Origin: a bacterium
GTDB taxonomy: Bacteria; Babelota; Babeliae; Babelales; UBA12409
Direction of reading: 5' to 3'
NCBI GenBank assembly: GCA_018660415.1
Contig: JABJKG010000013.1
Coordinates: 129,874-193,873, forward strand
DNA: 64,000 nucleotides
Below the pieces are notes generated by a model. It had not been told where the DNA came from. It made no database searches and worked only from the letters and a program-made list of their open reading frames with translations. Positions 37,518-46,404 of the stretch are shown one piece after another. The position numbers and the translations under genes were made by a program. Within the stretch, counting starts at the first letter, position 1. Every line of letters begins with the position of its first letter.

Positions 37518-37562
37518 AAAAATTCGCCTTAGCCTCACGAATGAGACCAAGGCGAATTTTTA
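37518..37562. terminator. Bidirectional terminator between nusB and the Cys-rich peptide gene
   Basis: Outer stem aaaattcgcctt / aaggcgaatttt with an inner ctca/tgag stem, flanked by A-run and T-run. Confidence 0.75.
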
Positions 37563-37585
37563 TATTTATCGAGTGTAACTCAGGG

Positions 37586-37783
37586 TTACCCTTGACACTT
37601 GTCACAGCAGCCAAGGCATCCAAGGATACCACAACCACAGTTACATGAATCACATGATTCTGTTTTCATAATCTTAGCAGGTTTTGAATCGCCACAACAT
37701 GATGTACATGTTGAGCAAGAACCAGCTTGAAGTAATCCAACACTACCTAACAAAACGAATAATGTTACTAATTTACCCTTCAT
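37586..37783 (-). CDS. Small secreted Cys-rich peptide (65 aa; 12 Cys in a ~45-aa mature part)
   Basis: Strong AAGGAG site and signal MKGKLVTLFVLLGSVGLLQA. The mature part is GSCSTCTSCCG...CDSCNCGCGILGCLGCCDKCQG. Confidence 0.7.
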   Translation of the reverse strand: MKGKLVTLFVLLGSVGLLQAGSCSTCTSCCGDSKPAKIMKTESCDSCNCGCGILGCLGCCDKCQG

Positions 37784-37832
37784 AATGATTCTCCTTTTTA
37801 AAGGGGGTTATTAATAATTGCCTTGAGAAATT

Positions 37833-37991
37833 TTATCTACCGCAGCAACCACTCTTACAAGAGCTACATGCTTTCTTAACTATTTTTCCATTTTTATCTT
37901 TAGTTTCCTTAGTTTCAGCTCGTCCACAACCAGCCTGAAGTAACCCAAGACCACCAACGATAACAAATAATGCCATTAATTTACGTTTCAT
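37833..37991 (-). CDS. Small secreted Cys-rich peptide, paralogue (52 aa)
   Basis: AAGGAA site, signal MKRKLMALFVIVGGLGLLQA, then GCGR... and C-terminal CSSCKSGCCGR. It shares the C-S-x-C-x-S-(G)-C-C-G motif with 37586-37783. Confidence 0.65.
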   Translation of the reverse strand: MKRKLMALFVIVGGLGLLQAGCGRAETKETKDKNGKIVKKACSSCKSGCCGR

Positions 37992-38291
37992 AGTTTTTCC
38001 TTTATATAAAACTACTCTTTCATTATTACTATCCCTATGATAGCAATAATTGAATTCAAATAGCAATAGTTTTGCAATAATAATGCTATCTTTGGGCGAT
38101 TGGCTGATTAGGTGGGTGTATTGGTGACAGTGAATAGGGCCGTTCTTGGTTGGGTGAAAGGTGTGTCCGGTTGCCAATAGTCGCTGTCAGTATTTGTATT
38201 GGGCGATTTTAACCTGCGGGGATGTTAAAAAGTGCTTAACGGTAGGCGTTTTGTTGGGTAGAAAGATTCTATATGTATAGAAGGTGGAAAT

Positions 38292-39377
38292 TTATATTGT
38301 GGCCAAAAGGGAGTAAAAGGGCGCTAGCTTGATACCTAGCGCTGGGACTAGGGAGATAGAGCTGTTAAGGGCGGAACTCATATGGTTTTTTATTGTATTG
38401 GTGTTATGGCCATAGTAGCCTGGAACCAGTTGGGCTTGAAAGCCGCTTGTTCTTAAGACTTCGATAAGATGGTAGGGATCCATAAGGTGTTCTGACCAAT
38501 TACCGGTGTGGGGATCACAGGTATCTGAGCTGGTAGGTTCAGCAGGAATGAGCCTTGTTTTTTTGAACTTATCTATGCAGGCGTGGATATCTTTTTGGAT
38601 CATACCGCGAGTTGCTCGAGATAGCTGGTCGATCTGATACTTAGTCAGTGAAGGCTTATATTTTCTAATAATATCCTTACGGATGGTATAGAAACTTTGG
38701 AGGCTATCCCGTTTTTTGTGGCCCCAGAGGTTGAGGCGATCTTCATATTCATGTTGATGATGCAGCTTGGTGAGTGCGCTTTTGATACGTGGGTTACAGG
38801 TATTGGCTCCTGAGGACATGAATATAGAAAGAGAGTTACGCGATGAGAGTTTTTTAAGCTTTTGGAGAAACTCTTCTATATTATACACGTGCTCAATGAC
38901 ATCATAGGAGGCTACAGCATTACATGAAATCTTATGATTCTTGAGGTACTCGATGACAGGATCGATATCACCGGGGATATAATGATCAGCCTCACAGCCG
39001 AGTGCTTTACCGATAGCTTGAGCGTCGTTACAGGAGACTGGGTATATATCATTGTATAAAACGGTTCCGACTCCAGCTTCCTTGGCTAACAGTGATAAAA
39101 TTCCCACACCACCGCCATACTCCATGAATACCACATCCTGCAGTGGAAGCTTGGTCGCATCGAGTGACCAGGCCAGAATATATGAATATTTTTGTAAGGT
39201 GCGCGTTAGATTGCTCAGATGGTCTTGAAATAAGTAGTTTTTGTTGTAGTCCGAGATATTGATGGTTGCAAAATTGAAATTAGAAAGTTTATCATACAGT
39301 CGTTGAGCAGCAATATCTATATGTTCACAGAGAGCTTGATTCTTTGGAAGTCTAGCGGCTTTGTATGTAAGTTTCAT
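38292..39377 (-). CDS. Class I SAM-dependent methyltransferase
   Basis: Motif I VFMEYGGGVGILSLLAKEAG, post-I YNDIYP, and ASYDVIEHV. Confidence 0.7.
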   Translation of the reverse strand: MKLTYKAARLPKNQALCEHIDIAAQRLYDKLSNFNFATINISDYNKNYLFQDHLSNLTRTLQKYSYILAWSLDATKLPLQDVVFMEYGGGVGILSLLAKEAGVGTVLYNDIYPVSCNDAQAIGKALGCEADHYIPGDIDPVIEYLKNHKISCNAVASYDVIEHVYNIEEFLQKLKKLSSRNSLSIFMSSGANTCNPRIKSALTKLHHQHEYEDRLNLWGHKKRDSLQSFYTIRKDIIRKYKPSLTKYQIDQLSRATRGMIQKDIHACIDKFKKTRLIPAEPTSSDTCDPHTGNWSEHLMDPYHLIEVLRTSGFQAQLVPGYYGHNTNTIKNHMSSALNSSISLVPALGIKLAPFYSLLATI

Positions 39378-39594
39378 AAGGTTTTACTCGATTTTGTCAT
39401 CATAAAGGGCTTTTTTTATAAGTGTAAGTGATTTGCAAAGCAAAGCAAGTCTCAGGCATATCTGATGGCGAGGGTTAACTTTTTGGCTTAAGAATGATCC
39501 ATAATACCTTTTCTTGTGTTGCTCAAGGCTAAACCATTGAGTTGAAAGTACAGCACGACTATAATGGTCTCGTTTTTAACTGTAAGGGGAAAGT

Positions 39595-40335
39595 ATGAAA
39601 AAGTTATTGTTATTATTTATTGTATTGAATATCTCTCAGTCTGTGTATAGTATGGATATTTTCAAGGCAATTGCTAATCGATGGGGCTGGGGGCAACCAA
39701 TGGAAGACGGAGAAGGGCTCGAGGCCGGTCCATCTGGTTTGCCGGTGGTGATGGGAGATGTTACTTTTGTAGATGGTAATGCTGGGCCACACTCTATGTA
39801 TGAAGTTAGTGGTGGGAGGGAATTTCAAGAGGGAGTTCCTGGTGATGATAATAGTGATGTAGAAATGGATGATCTTACTCTAGAAAAATTCAGAAATATG
39901 AGTGAAGAAGAACGAGATATGATGGAAGCAAATATCGACAGAATGATTGGACGGACACAAGGGGCACAGCAAACAGTTGCCAAAAGGCTTGCACCACAGG
40001 CTCCAACTCGTAGCGGGCTACCTAAAGTGAAGATTAGTGTGAGCGATAGTGAGTTTAAGGCAGGATTGCAAGATATGATAGTATCTGGAGCTTCTGTGCA
40101 AGAAACGTTAATGCTGAAGATACATTTTAATCAAATGAGAGCCGAAGAAGGACAACGTCGGGCTGCCATGGCATCCAATCTTTTTGCGCGAAAATCATTC
40201 TGTTTACAGGGTGTTCTGTTTTTATACACAAGTGGAACCGTGGGGATTGGTCTTGCTGCTTTAGCTTTAAATGAAACTGGATATACGGTAGCAGAACTTC
40301 TTGCTGCAGCTGCAGAAAATTTACCTATTGGATAA
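39595..40335 (+). CDS. Hypothetical secreted protein with C-terminal TM segment
   Basis: Signal MKKLLLLFIVLNISQSVYS, an acidic middle, and C-terminal VLFLYTSGTVGIGLAALAL. Confidence 0.55.
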   Translation: MKKLLLLFIVLNISQSVYSMDIFKAIANRWGWGQPMEDGEGLEAGPSGLPVVMGDVTFVDGNAGPHSMYEVSGGREFQEGVPGDDNSDVEMDDLTLEKFRNMSEEERDMMEANIDRMIGRTQGAQQTVAKRLAPQAPTRSGLPKVKISVSDSEFKAGLQDMIVSGASVQETLMLKIHFNQMRAEEGQRRAAMASNLFARKSFCLQGVLFLYTSGTVGIGLAALALNETGYTVAELLAAAAENLPIG

Positions 40336-40353
40336 TCATAAAAAATAAGACAA

Positions 40354-40392
40354 TAAAAAAAGCCGGAGTTTTTACGCTCCGGCTTAGTTTTT
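40354..40392. terminator. Bidirectional terminator (ndk versus the upstream convergent gene)
   Basis: Stem agccggag / ctccggct flanked by aaaaaaa and tttttt. Confidence 0.8.
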
Positions 40393-40406
40393 TAAGACTA
40401 TGGATA

Positions 40407-40814
40407 TTAGCCTTGGAAGAAGAGTGCTAGTTCAGCTTGTGCATTTTCAGCAGAGTCTGAACCGTGTGTTGCATTCTCTCCAACATCAGTACCAAACTTA
40501 CCACGAATGGTATCTTTTGGCGCTTCTTTAGAGTCAGTTGGTCCCATAAGATCACGCCATGCAGCGATTGCGTTTTCTTTACTGAGAGCCATAACAATAA
40601 CTGCACCTGATGTCATAAACTCAACAAGTTCACCAAAGAACGGGCGATCTTTATGAACAGCATAAAACTGTTCTGCAAGTTCTTTGTTCAACTTAAGTTT
40701 ATACATACCATCAATCGAAAAACCATTTTCTTCAATCATGTCAATGATCTTGCCAGCATTTTTAGCACGGACAGCATCAGGTTTGATGATTGCAAAGGTT
40801 CTTTCAATAGCCAT
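40407..40814 (-). CDS. ndk: Nucleoside-diphosphate kinase
   Basis: Motifs ERTFAIIKPDAV and NATHGSDS (active-site His). Confidence 0.97.
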   Translation of the reverse strand: MAIERTFAIIKPDAVRAKNAGKIIDMIEENGFSIDGMYKLKLNKELAEQFYAVHKDRPFFGELVEFMTSGAVIVMALSKENAIAAWRDLMGPTDSKEAPKDTIRGKFGTDVGENATHGSDSAENAQAELALFFQG

Positions 40815-40827
40815 ACTTCATAATCCT

Positions 40828-42612
40828 TTATTTTTTAGAATCCTTAACCATCTTCTCGAGTGCGAGTTGCAATTGAGTTTTTGGCTTCGGTCCTTGTTCT
40901 ATTTTAGGTTGAGCAGCTTTTCTTGGTTTTGCAGCAGTTGCAGTTGAAGGAGCTTTTTCTCTAGGCTCTTCTTTTGCAGCTGTTGCATCAAGCTTTGTGC
41001 TCAAGCTAAGTTTTCTATCATCTTTACTTACTTGGATAATACGGAATTCTTGTTCTTCATCGATCTTGAGAACATCGTTGATTTTCTTATCGCCGAAGTC
41101 GGAGATATGAACAAGCCCTTCGATACCATTAGGAAGTTTAACGAATGCACCAAAGTTGGCGATCTTCGTTGTTGTTCCTTTAACAATTGAACCGACAGTG
41201 TAGTCTTGTTCGATTGTATCCCATGGATCTTGAGTTAATTGCTTAATACCAAGAGAGATTTTTCTATTTTCTTCATCAATGTTTAAGATCATTGCTTCAA
41301 TAGGATCGCCCTTCTTGTACAAGTCACCCGGATGATCGATGTGCTCGGTCCAAGAAAGATCAGATACGTGTGCAAGTCCGTCAACACCAGGAACTAAGAG
41401 GATAAAGATACCAAACTCAGTAACATTACTTACTGTTCCAGTAATCTTGCTTCCAATCTTGAATCGTTCACTGATTGACTTCCAAGGGTTGTCTTTCAAT
41501 TGTTTAACACTGAGGGACATACGTCGATTTTCTTTATCAAGAGAAACAACAGATACATCGATATCTTGGTTCACTTCATACATCTTGTTTAAATCGTTAA
41601 CACGATCAGTCCAAGAGATTTCTGAAATGTGTACAAGTCCTTCGATACCTGGGAATACTTCAACAAAGAGACCGTAATCGGTAATGCTTGAAACTTTACC
41701 TTTAATACGGCTTCCTACTTCAACATCACTTGGAAGTTGTTCCCAAGGGTTGTCAGAGAGTTGTTTCATACCAAGAGAGATCTTGTTGTTGTCTTTATCT
41801 ATAGAAAGGATCTTCACAGTGATGGTATCACCCATATTGATCTTAGCGCTTGGGTGAGAAATTCGGCCCCAAGTCATATCAGTAATGTGTAATAATCCAT
41901 CAACGCCACCGATATCAACAAATACACCGTAGTTGGTAATATTTTTAGCGATACCTTGAATTACACTTCCTTCTGCAACGTTTTCAAGTACTTCTTTTCT
42001 AGCACCTTCACGTTGTTCAAAGAGATGTTGGCGACGAGAAATGATAACATTTCCACGTTTCTTATTAATTTTTATAATTTTTGCAGTTATAGGTTGTCCT
42101 ACATACTGATCAAAATTAGTAACTCGTTGTAAGTCAACTTGAGAGCCAGGCAAGAATGCAGGGATGCCAATATCAACACTTAAACCACCCTTAACAGTAT
42201 GAGTTACCATACCTTCAACAGATTGGTCTTCTTCGTGAAGTTTGCTGATCTTATCCCATGCTTTCATAGCTTTCGCTTTTTCATATGAAAGCTGAACGTT
42301 ACCTTCGATGTTTTCTAATTCATCCAGAATTACATCAATTGATGCATCTTCAGCAAGCCCTTTGAGCTCATGATCAGAAAATTCATATCGAGGAATGATA
42401 CCGTTAGATTTATAGTTGATGTCTACAACTACACCACTTGAGTCGATGCCTACAATGCGTCCAACAACCAAAGAACCCTTTTTGAGGTTATCTGTTGTTT
42501 CATTGTATAAGCTAAGTAATTCTTGTTGTTGCTGTTCGTTAAGCTCTGCTACCTCTTTAGGAGGAGTAGAGACGCGACCAAATTGCTCTGGTCTTATGAC
42601 TTCTTTTGCCAT
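40828..42612 (-). CDS. rpsA: 30S ribosomal protein S1 (six S1 domains plus a Lys/Ala/Pro-rich tail)
   Basis: Repeated G.V......G.FV....GL.H.S motifs. I chose the start at MAKEV (AAGGAA site) rather than the longer ORF beginning at 42732. Confidence 0.93.
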   Translation of the reverse strand: MAKEVIRPEQFGRVSTPPKEVAELNEQQQQELLSLYNETTDNLKKGSLVVGRIVGIDSSGVVVDINYKSNGIIPRYEFSDHELKGLAEDASIDVILDELENIEGNVQLSYEKAKAMKAWDKISKLHEEDQSVEGMVTHTVKGGLSVDIGIPAFLPGSQVDLQRVTNFDQYVGQPITAKIIKINKKRGNVIISRRQHLFEQREGARKEVLENVAEGSVIQGIAKNITNYGVFVDIGGVDGLLHITDMTWGRISHPSAKINMGDTITVKILSIDKDNNKISLGMKQLSDNPWEQLPSDVEVGSRIKGKVSSITDYGLFVEVFPGIEGLVHISEISWTDRVNDLNKMYEVNQDIDVSVVSLDKENRRMSLSVKQLKDNPWKSISERFKIGSKITGTVSNVTEFGIFILLVPGVDGLAHVSDLSWTEHIDHPGDLYKKGDPIEAMILNIDEENRKISLGIKQLTQDPWDTIEQDYTVGSIVKGTTTKIANFGAFVKLPNGIEGLVHISDFGDKKINDVLKIDEEQEFRIIQVSKDDRKLSLSTKLDATAAKEEPREKAPSTATAAKPRKAAQPKIEQGPKPKTQLQLALEKMVKDSKK

Positions 42613-42813
42613 GTATATCCGATTCCTTTGAAAAATAGATATGTGTTTTGTGAGAACAAAACACAGACGTATAAGTGTTAAAAATATATTAATTCTAGCA
42701 TCTATTCTACCATGTAAATTGCCCAATAGCAAATTATTAAAACCCTCTTAACGGTTGAGTTTTTTTGGGGTATAGATAAGAGGATTAATAGTTATTTTGA
42801 GGGATTAAAAACG

Positions 42814-43941
42814 GTGAATATTGTTATTGTTACTAATAATTACGCTCCTTATTCGGGAGGGGTAGTCAGCTCGATCAATGCATTTGCTCAAGGATTACGT
42901 GAGTTGGGGCATTCTGTTTTTATTGTGACGTTAGATTTTACGGGAGAGCCATCACAGGATCCCTTTGTATTGAATATTTTTTGTCCAGTTCGGTTCAAGT
43001 ATAAGAAGAATCACCTGGCCATCCCATGGCGTGCTACTAATGAGCTCAAGCTGATTATAAAGCGTCTTAATCCTGATGTTGTCCATTCACAGCATCCTTT
43101 CCTCTTGGGGGTGAGTGCGGTTCGGGTGTGTAAAGAGCTCAAAATTCCTATTGTATTCACCCACCATACGCAATATGTTCAATACTCTCACTATATCCCG
43201 CTTCCAGGATTGGTAGTCAAGCCGGTAATCAATCACCGGGTGCTTTGGTATGCCAAGCTCGTGGATGCAATAATTGCTCCTAGTGCTGTAATCAAGAATG
43301 AGTTAGTGCATAAAGGAGTTGAGAATGGTGTTTGTGTGCTTCCCAGTCCGTTATTACCGGTCTTTTTCGATTCACCGCAGGGCATTCATAGTGAATCGCG
43401 GTCGTTTAAGCTGTTGATTGTGAGTCGGTTTATGAAAGAGAAGAACATTCCGTTCCTGTTGGATATGTTTGCCAGGCTTCCCAGGGGCTTTACCTTGACC
43501 TTGGTTGGTTATGGTGCTCTCCTCCCAGATCTTAAGGAGTATGCTTATGATCGCTTGGGGCTATCAAAGCATAAGGTGCGTTTTGTGGTCAAGCCACCTA
43601 AGGCACGATTATTAAAACTGTATAGGTCTGCTGACTTATTTGTCTTTTCATCGCTTACAGAGACTCAGGGGCTGGTTGTGGCCGAGGCTATGGCCTCCGG
43701 GCTGCCTGTTGTTGCATTGGATAGTCCGGCCTTGCATGATATTATTCAAAATAAGGAAAATGGATTTTTGGTGTCTAATATCCAAGAGATGGTAGAGTGT
43801 GTGCAATCCATATCCCAGGATCCTGTGTTTTATTCCGCCTTAAAACAGGGGGCACTTAATACGGCCCAGGGCTACTCTTCCTGTAGCTTGAGCAAGCGCT
43901 TGATTGAATTTTATAATAAAACCATCCAGTCTCAAGGGTGA
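42814..43941 (+). CDS. GT4-family (GT-B) glycosyltransferase
   Basis: N-terminal IVTNNYAPYSGGV and C-terminal E.QGLVVAEAMASGLPVVA. GTG start. Confidence 0.8.
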   Translation: MNIVIVTNNYAPYSGGVVSSINAFAQGLRELGHSVFIVTLDFTGEPSQDPFVLNIFCPVRFKYKKNHLAIPWRATNELKLIIKRLNPDVVHSQHPFLLGVSAVRVCKELKIPIVFTHHTQYVQYSHYIPLPGLVVKPVINHRVLWYAKLVDAIIAPSAVIKNELVHKGVENGVCVLPSPLLPVFFDSPQGIHSESRSFKLLIVSRFMKEKNIPFLLDMFARLPRGFTLTLVGYGALLPDLKEYAYDRLGLSKHKVRFVVKPPKARLLKLYRSADLFVFSSLTETQGLVVAEAMASGLPVVALDSPALHDIIQNKENGFLVSNIQEMVECVQSISQDPVFYSALKQGALNTAQGYSSCSLSKRLIEFYNKTIQSQG

Positions 43942-44022
43942 TCCACCAGTTGAGGTTTTTGGTTATATCCTTATAATTAAGGGTAATTAGACATCATGGT
44001 GTGGACTTTGGAGGTTTTATAA

Positions 44023-44670
44023 ATGGTTGTTAAAAAAGCATTCTTATTAATTGTTTTTGTGGGTATGACATCGGTCTTACAGGGAGGTCAAGCTCAATCG
44101 CGTCAAGAGTATCCTCTTAATTTTGTTTCAGCACATCATGAAGCTGCTCACTCGGTAGTTGCAGTATTGCTAGCTGATCGCAATAAGCGTTTTGCACTAT
44201 ATGATACTGTCGTTTTTTTGAATGCGTCTTCTGACCAATCTTCAGGAGAAACCCGTTTTTATCCCAAGAGAAAACAAGAATTATTGCCTCGGGAAAATAT
44301 AGAGTCACTGCTTTGTATGATTATAACATTAATGGCAGGGCGTGCAGCAGAAGAAATACTTTTTAATGAGTCAGACTGTTGTTCTGCTGACTATGCACTT
44401 GCGTGTAAGTATGCACGAGATCTTGAATGCTATGCGAATGATTATAACTTTGTTTTTTGTTTTGAAGACCTTATCAAAGATCTCATTGGTGAAGAGTCAA
44501 ACATAAGCATTTACCAAGGGATACAAAGTGATGAAATTGTAAATCGATGCTTAGATGTTTCACGGCAGTTTCTGACTCATCATACAAAGCTTTTGGAAAG
44601 GCTTGCGACTGTTCTTTTGAATGGCAAGCGCCTGCGTGCACAAGAGGTCAAAAACATTCTTGCTCTATAG
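44023..44670 (+). CDS. Stand-alone FtsH-type M41 metalloprotease domain with signal peptide (no AAA+ module)
   Basis: Signal MVVKKAFLLIVFVGMTSVLQG. Motifs AHHEAAHSVVA (HExxH), LMAGRAAEEILF and SADYALACKYARD match the FtsH protease-domain pattern. Confidence 0.65.
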   Translation: MVVKKAFLLIVFVGMTSVLQGGQAQSRQEYPLNFVSAHHEAAHSVVAVLLADRNKRFALYDTVVFLNASSDQSSGETRFYPKRKQELLPRENIESLLCMIITLMAGRAAEEILFNESDCCSADYALACKYARDLECYANDYNFVFCFEDLIKDLIGEESNISIYQGIQSDEIVNRCLDVSRQFLTHHTKLLERLATVLLNGKRLRAQEVKNILAL

Positions 44671-44755
44671 GGAGTATTGATTGCCAAAAACAATCTTATG
44701 GACTATTTTGGTTAGGTTAGATGCGTCTAGTATTAAACTTAAAAAATAGTGATCA

Positions 44756-46306
44756 ATGAAGAAATTAAAAGTTTGTTTTTTGTTTTTTTTCTTAAGCTGT
44801 ATTGTCTATGATGCAGTTCCCGAACATAAATCTTTTTTTGCAGAAGTTGCTAAAGATATCATTGTTGGAACGGCTGTCTTTGCTTCTGTTATGGGGTTAC
44901 TACACGTTTTTAAATCAGTATTGGTTCAAGAGAATGGGCTGACTGAAATTAAGCATTCCAATGATACGTTTGAATCGGTAGCAGGTCTTGATGAGGCTAA
45001 AGAAGAGCTCACAGATATTATTGATTTTCTTAAAAATCCTGAAAAGTTTCAGTTTCTAGGTGCTCATATTCCTCGAGGTATTTTGCTAACGGGTGCGCCT
45101 GGTAACGGTAAAACTTTGCTTGCTCGTGCTATAGCAGGAGAGACAGGTTGTTCTTTTTACAGTGTTAATGGAGCTGACTTTGTTGAGCTTTATACCGGTG
45201 TTGGTCCAGCACGGATGCGTGAACTATATAAAGCAGCACAACAGAATGCACCATCGATTATTTTTATTGATGAAATTGATGCGGTAGCTCGCCATCGAAG
45301 TCGCGATAATAATGATCACGGTGAATATGATAATACGTTATTACAATTGTTAGTGCTCATGGATGGCTTTGAAAAGAACGATAAGCCAGTAGTATTTATT
45401 GGTGCTACTAATTTACAAGAAGCGTTGGATAGTGCACTACTTAGACCTGGAAGGTTTGATCGTATTGTTCATGTCTCGTTACCGGATATAAAAAATCGTA
45501 CAAAAATTTTACAATATTTTGCAGATTCTTTATGTATGGGTCCTAAGGTCAATCTTAAAGAGATAGCACAAACTACGGTCGGATTTTCTGGAGCGCATTT
45601 AAAGAATCTTATGAATGAGGCTGCAATTATTGCATCGCGTAAGAACCGCAAGCTAATAGCACAGGCTGACTTGATAGAGGCTCGAGATAAAACTATTTAT
45701 GGTAAAGCACTTAAGTCTCGTATTCTTACCGAAAAAGAAAAAAAGGTAACAGCTGTGCATGAGTCTGGCCATGCATTAGTGAACTTATTACTCAAAAAAT
45801 ATAGTCTTCCTCTTTATAAAATCACGATTGTGCCGCACGGAGAAGCTCTTGGATTTACTGGTATGTTGACCAATGAAGATCGTTATTCTTGTTCTAAGGA
45901 GGAGCTGGTTGCACAAATCATGATGCTTCTTGGTGGTCGTGCAGCAGAAGAGATAACGTTTGCACAATTATCTACCGGTGCTTCCGATGACTTTAAGCAC
46001 GCATCGCGGCTAGCACGCGAGATGGTTATGATCCACGGCATGTCTGCCGAAATGGGAACCGTATTTTATGATACGACACAGTATAGATTTTCTGAAGAGA
46101 CCCTACAAAAGATTGATAACCAAGTTAAGCGTATCATTCAAAAATGTTATGAGGAGACTCGGCTATTGCTGGCCAAGCATATTCGAGAACTCCAAGTTTT
46201 GTCTGATCGTCTCTTTATAGATGAAACCTTGTATTGTGAGGATGTCGCGACATTATATACCGATGATAGCCTTGCTGACGAGTCTTTCTACCTTCCAGCA
46301 GTTTGA
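44756..46306 (+). CDS. ftsH: FtsH-family ATP-dependent zinc metalloprotease paralogue with a minimal extracytoplasmic loop
   Basis: Walker A GAPGNGKT, Walker B IIFIDEIDA, SRH region LLRPGRFDR, and HESGHAL. Only about 60 aa precede the AAA module. Confidence 0.85.
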   Translation: MKKLKVCFLFFFLSCIVYDAVPEHKSFFAEVAKDIIVGTAVFASVMGLLHVFKSVLVQENGLTEIKHSNDTFESVAGLDEAKEELTDIIDFLKNPEKFQFLGAHIPRGILLTGAPGNGKTLLARAIAGETGCSFYSVNGADFVELYTGVGPARMRELYKAAQQNAPSIIFIDEIDAVARHRSRDNNDHGEYDNTLLQLLVLMDGFEKNDKPVVFIGATNLQEALDSALLRPGRFDRIVHVSLPDIKNRTKILQYFADSLCMGPKVNLKEIAQTTVGFSGAHLKNLMNEAAIIASRKNRKLIAQADLIEARDKTIYGKALKSRILTEKEKKVTAVHESGHALVNLLLKKYSLPLYKITIVPHGEALGFTGMLTNEDRYSCSKEELVAQIMMLLGGRAAEEITFAQLSTGASDDFKHASRLAREMVMIHGMSAEMGTVFYDTTQYRFSEETLQKIDNQVKRIIQKCYEETRLLLAKHIRELQVLSDRLFIDETLYCEDVATLYTDDSLADESFYLPAV

Positions 46307-46404
46307 TGAGTTTTTCCCTCTGTAAAAGCCTTAATTAGCTCTTTTGTGTTAATATGTTAAACTAAAGGATAATAAAATTCCGGGTTGATAAATAAAAGAG
46401 CGCT

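Noticed and set aside
37992-38177. N-terminal 62 codons of the 114-aa ORF 37833-38177
   Set aside because: This part has no signal or domain character. An internal Met at 37991 has a good RBS and yields a signal peptide almost identical to that of the neighbouring Cys-rich peptide, so I used the short form.
37586-39377. The idea that the Cys-rich peptides plus the adjacent SAM methyltransferase form a RiPP (sactipeptide, ranthipeptide or lanthipeptide) cluster
   Set aside because: The neighbourhood has no radical-SAM enzyme, LanB/C/M-type enzyme, cyclodehydratase, leader peptidase or ABC exporter. The peptides have classical Sec signal peptides rather than RiPP leaders. Adjacency to the methyltransferase may be coincidental.
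42613-42732. 40-codon extension at the 5' end of the rpsA ORF
   Set aside because: The extension (MLLGNLHGRIDARINIF...) is unlike S1. MAKEVIRPEQF at 42612 has an AAGGAA site and matches typical S1 N-termini.
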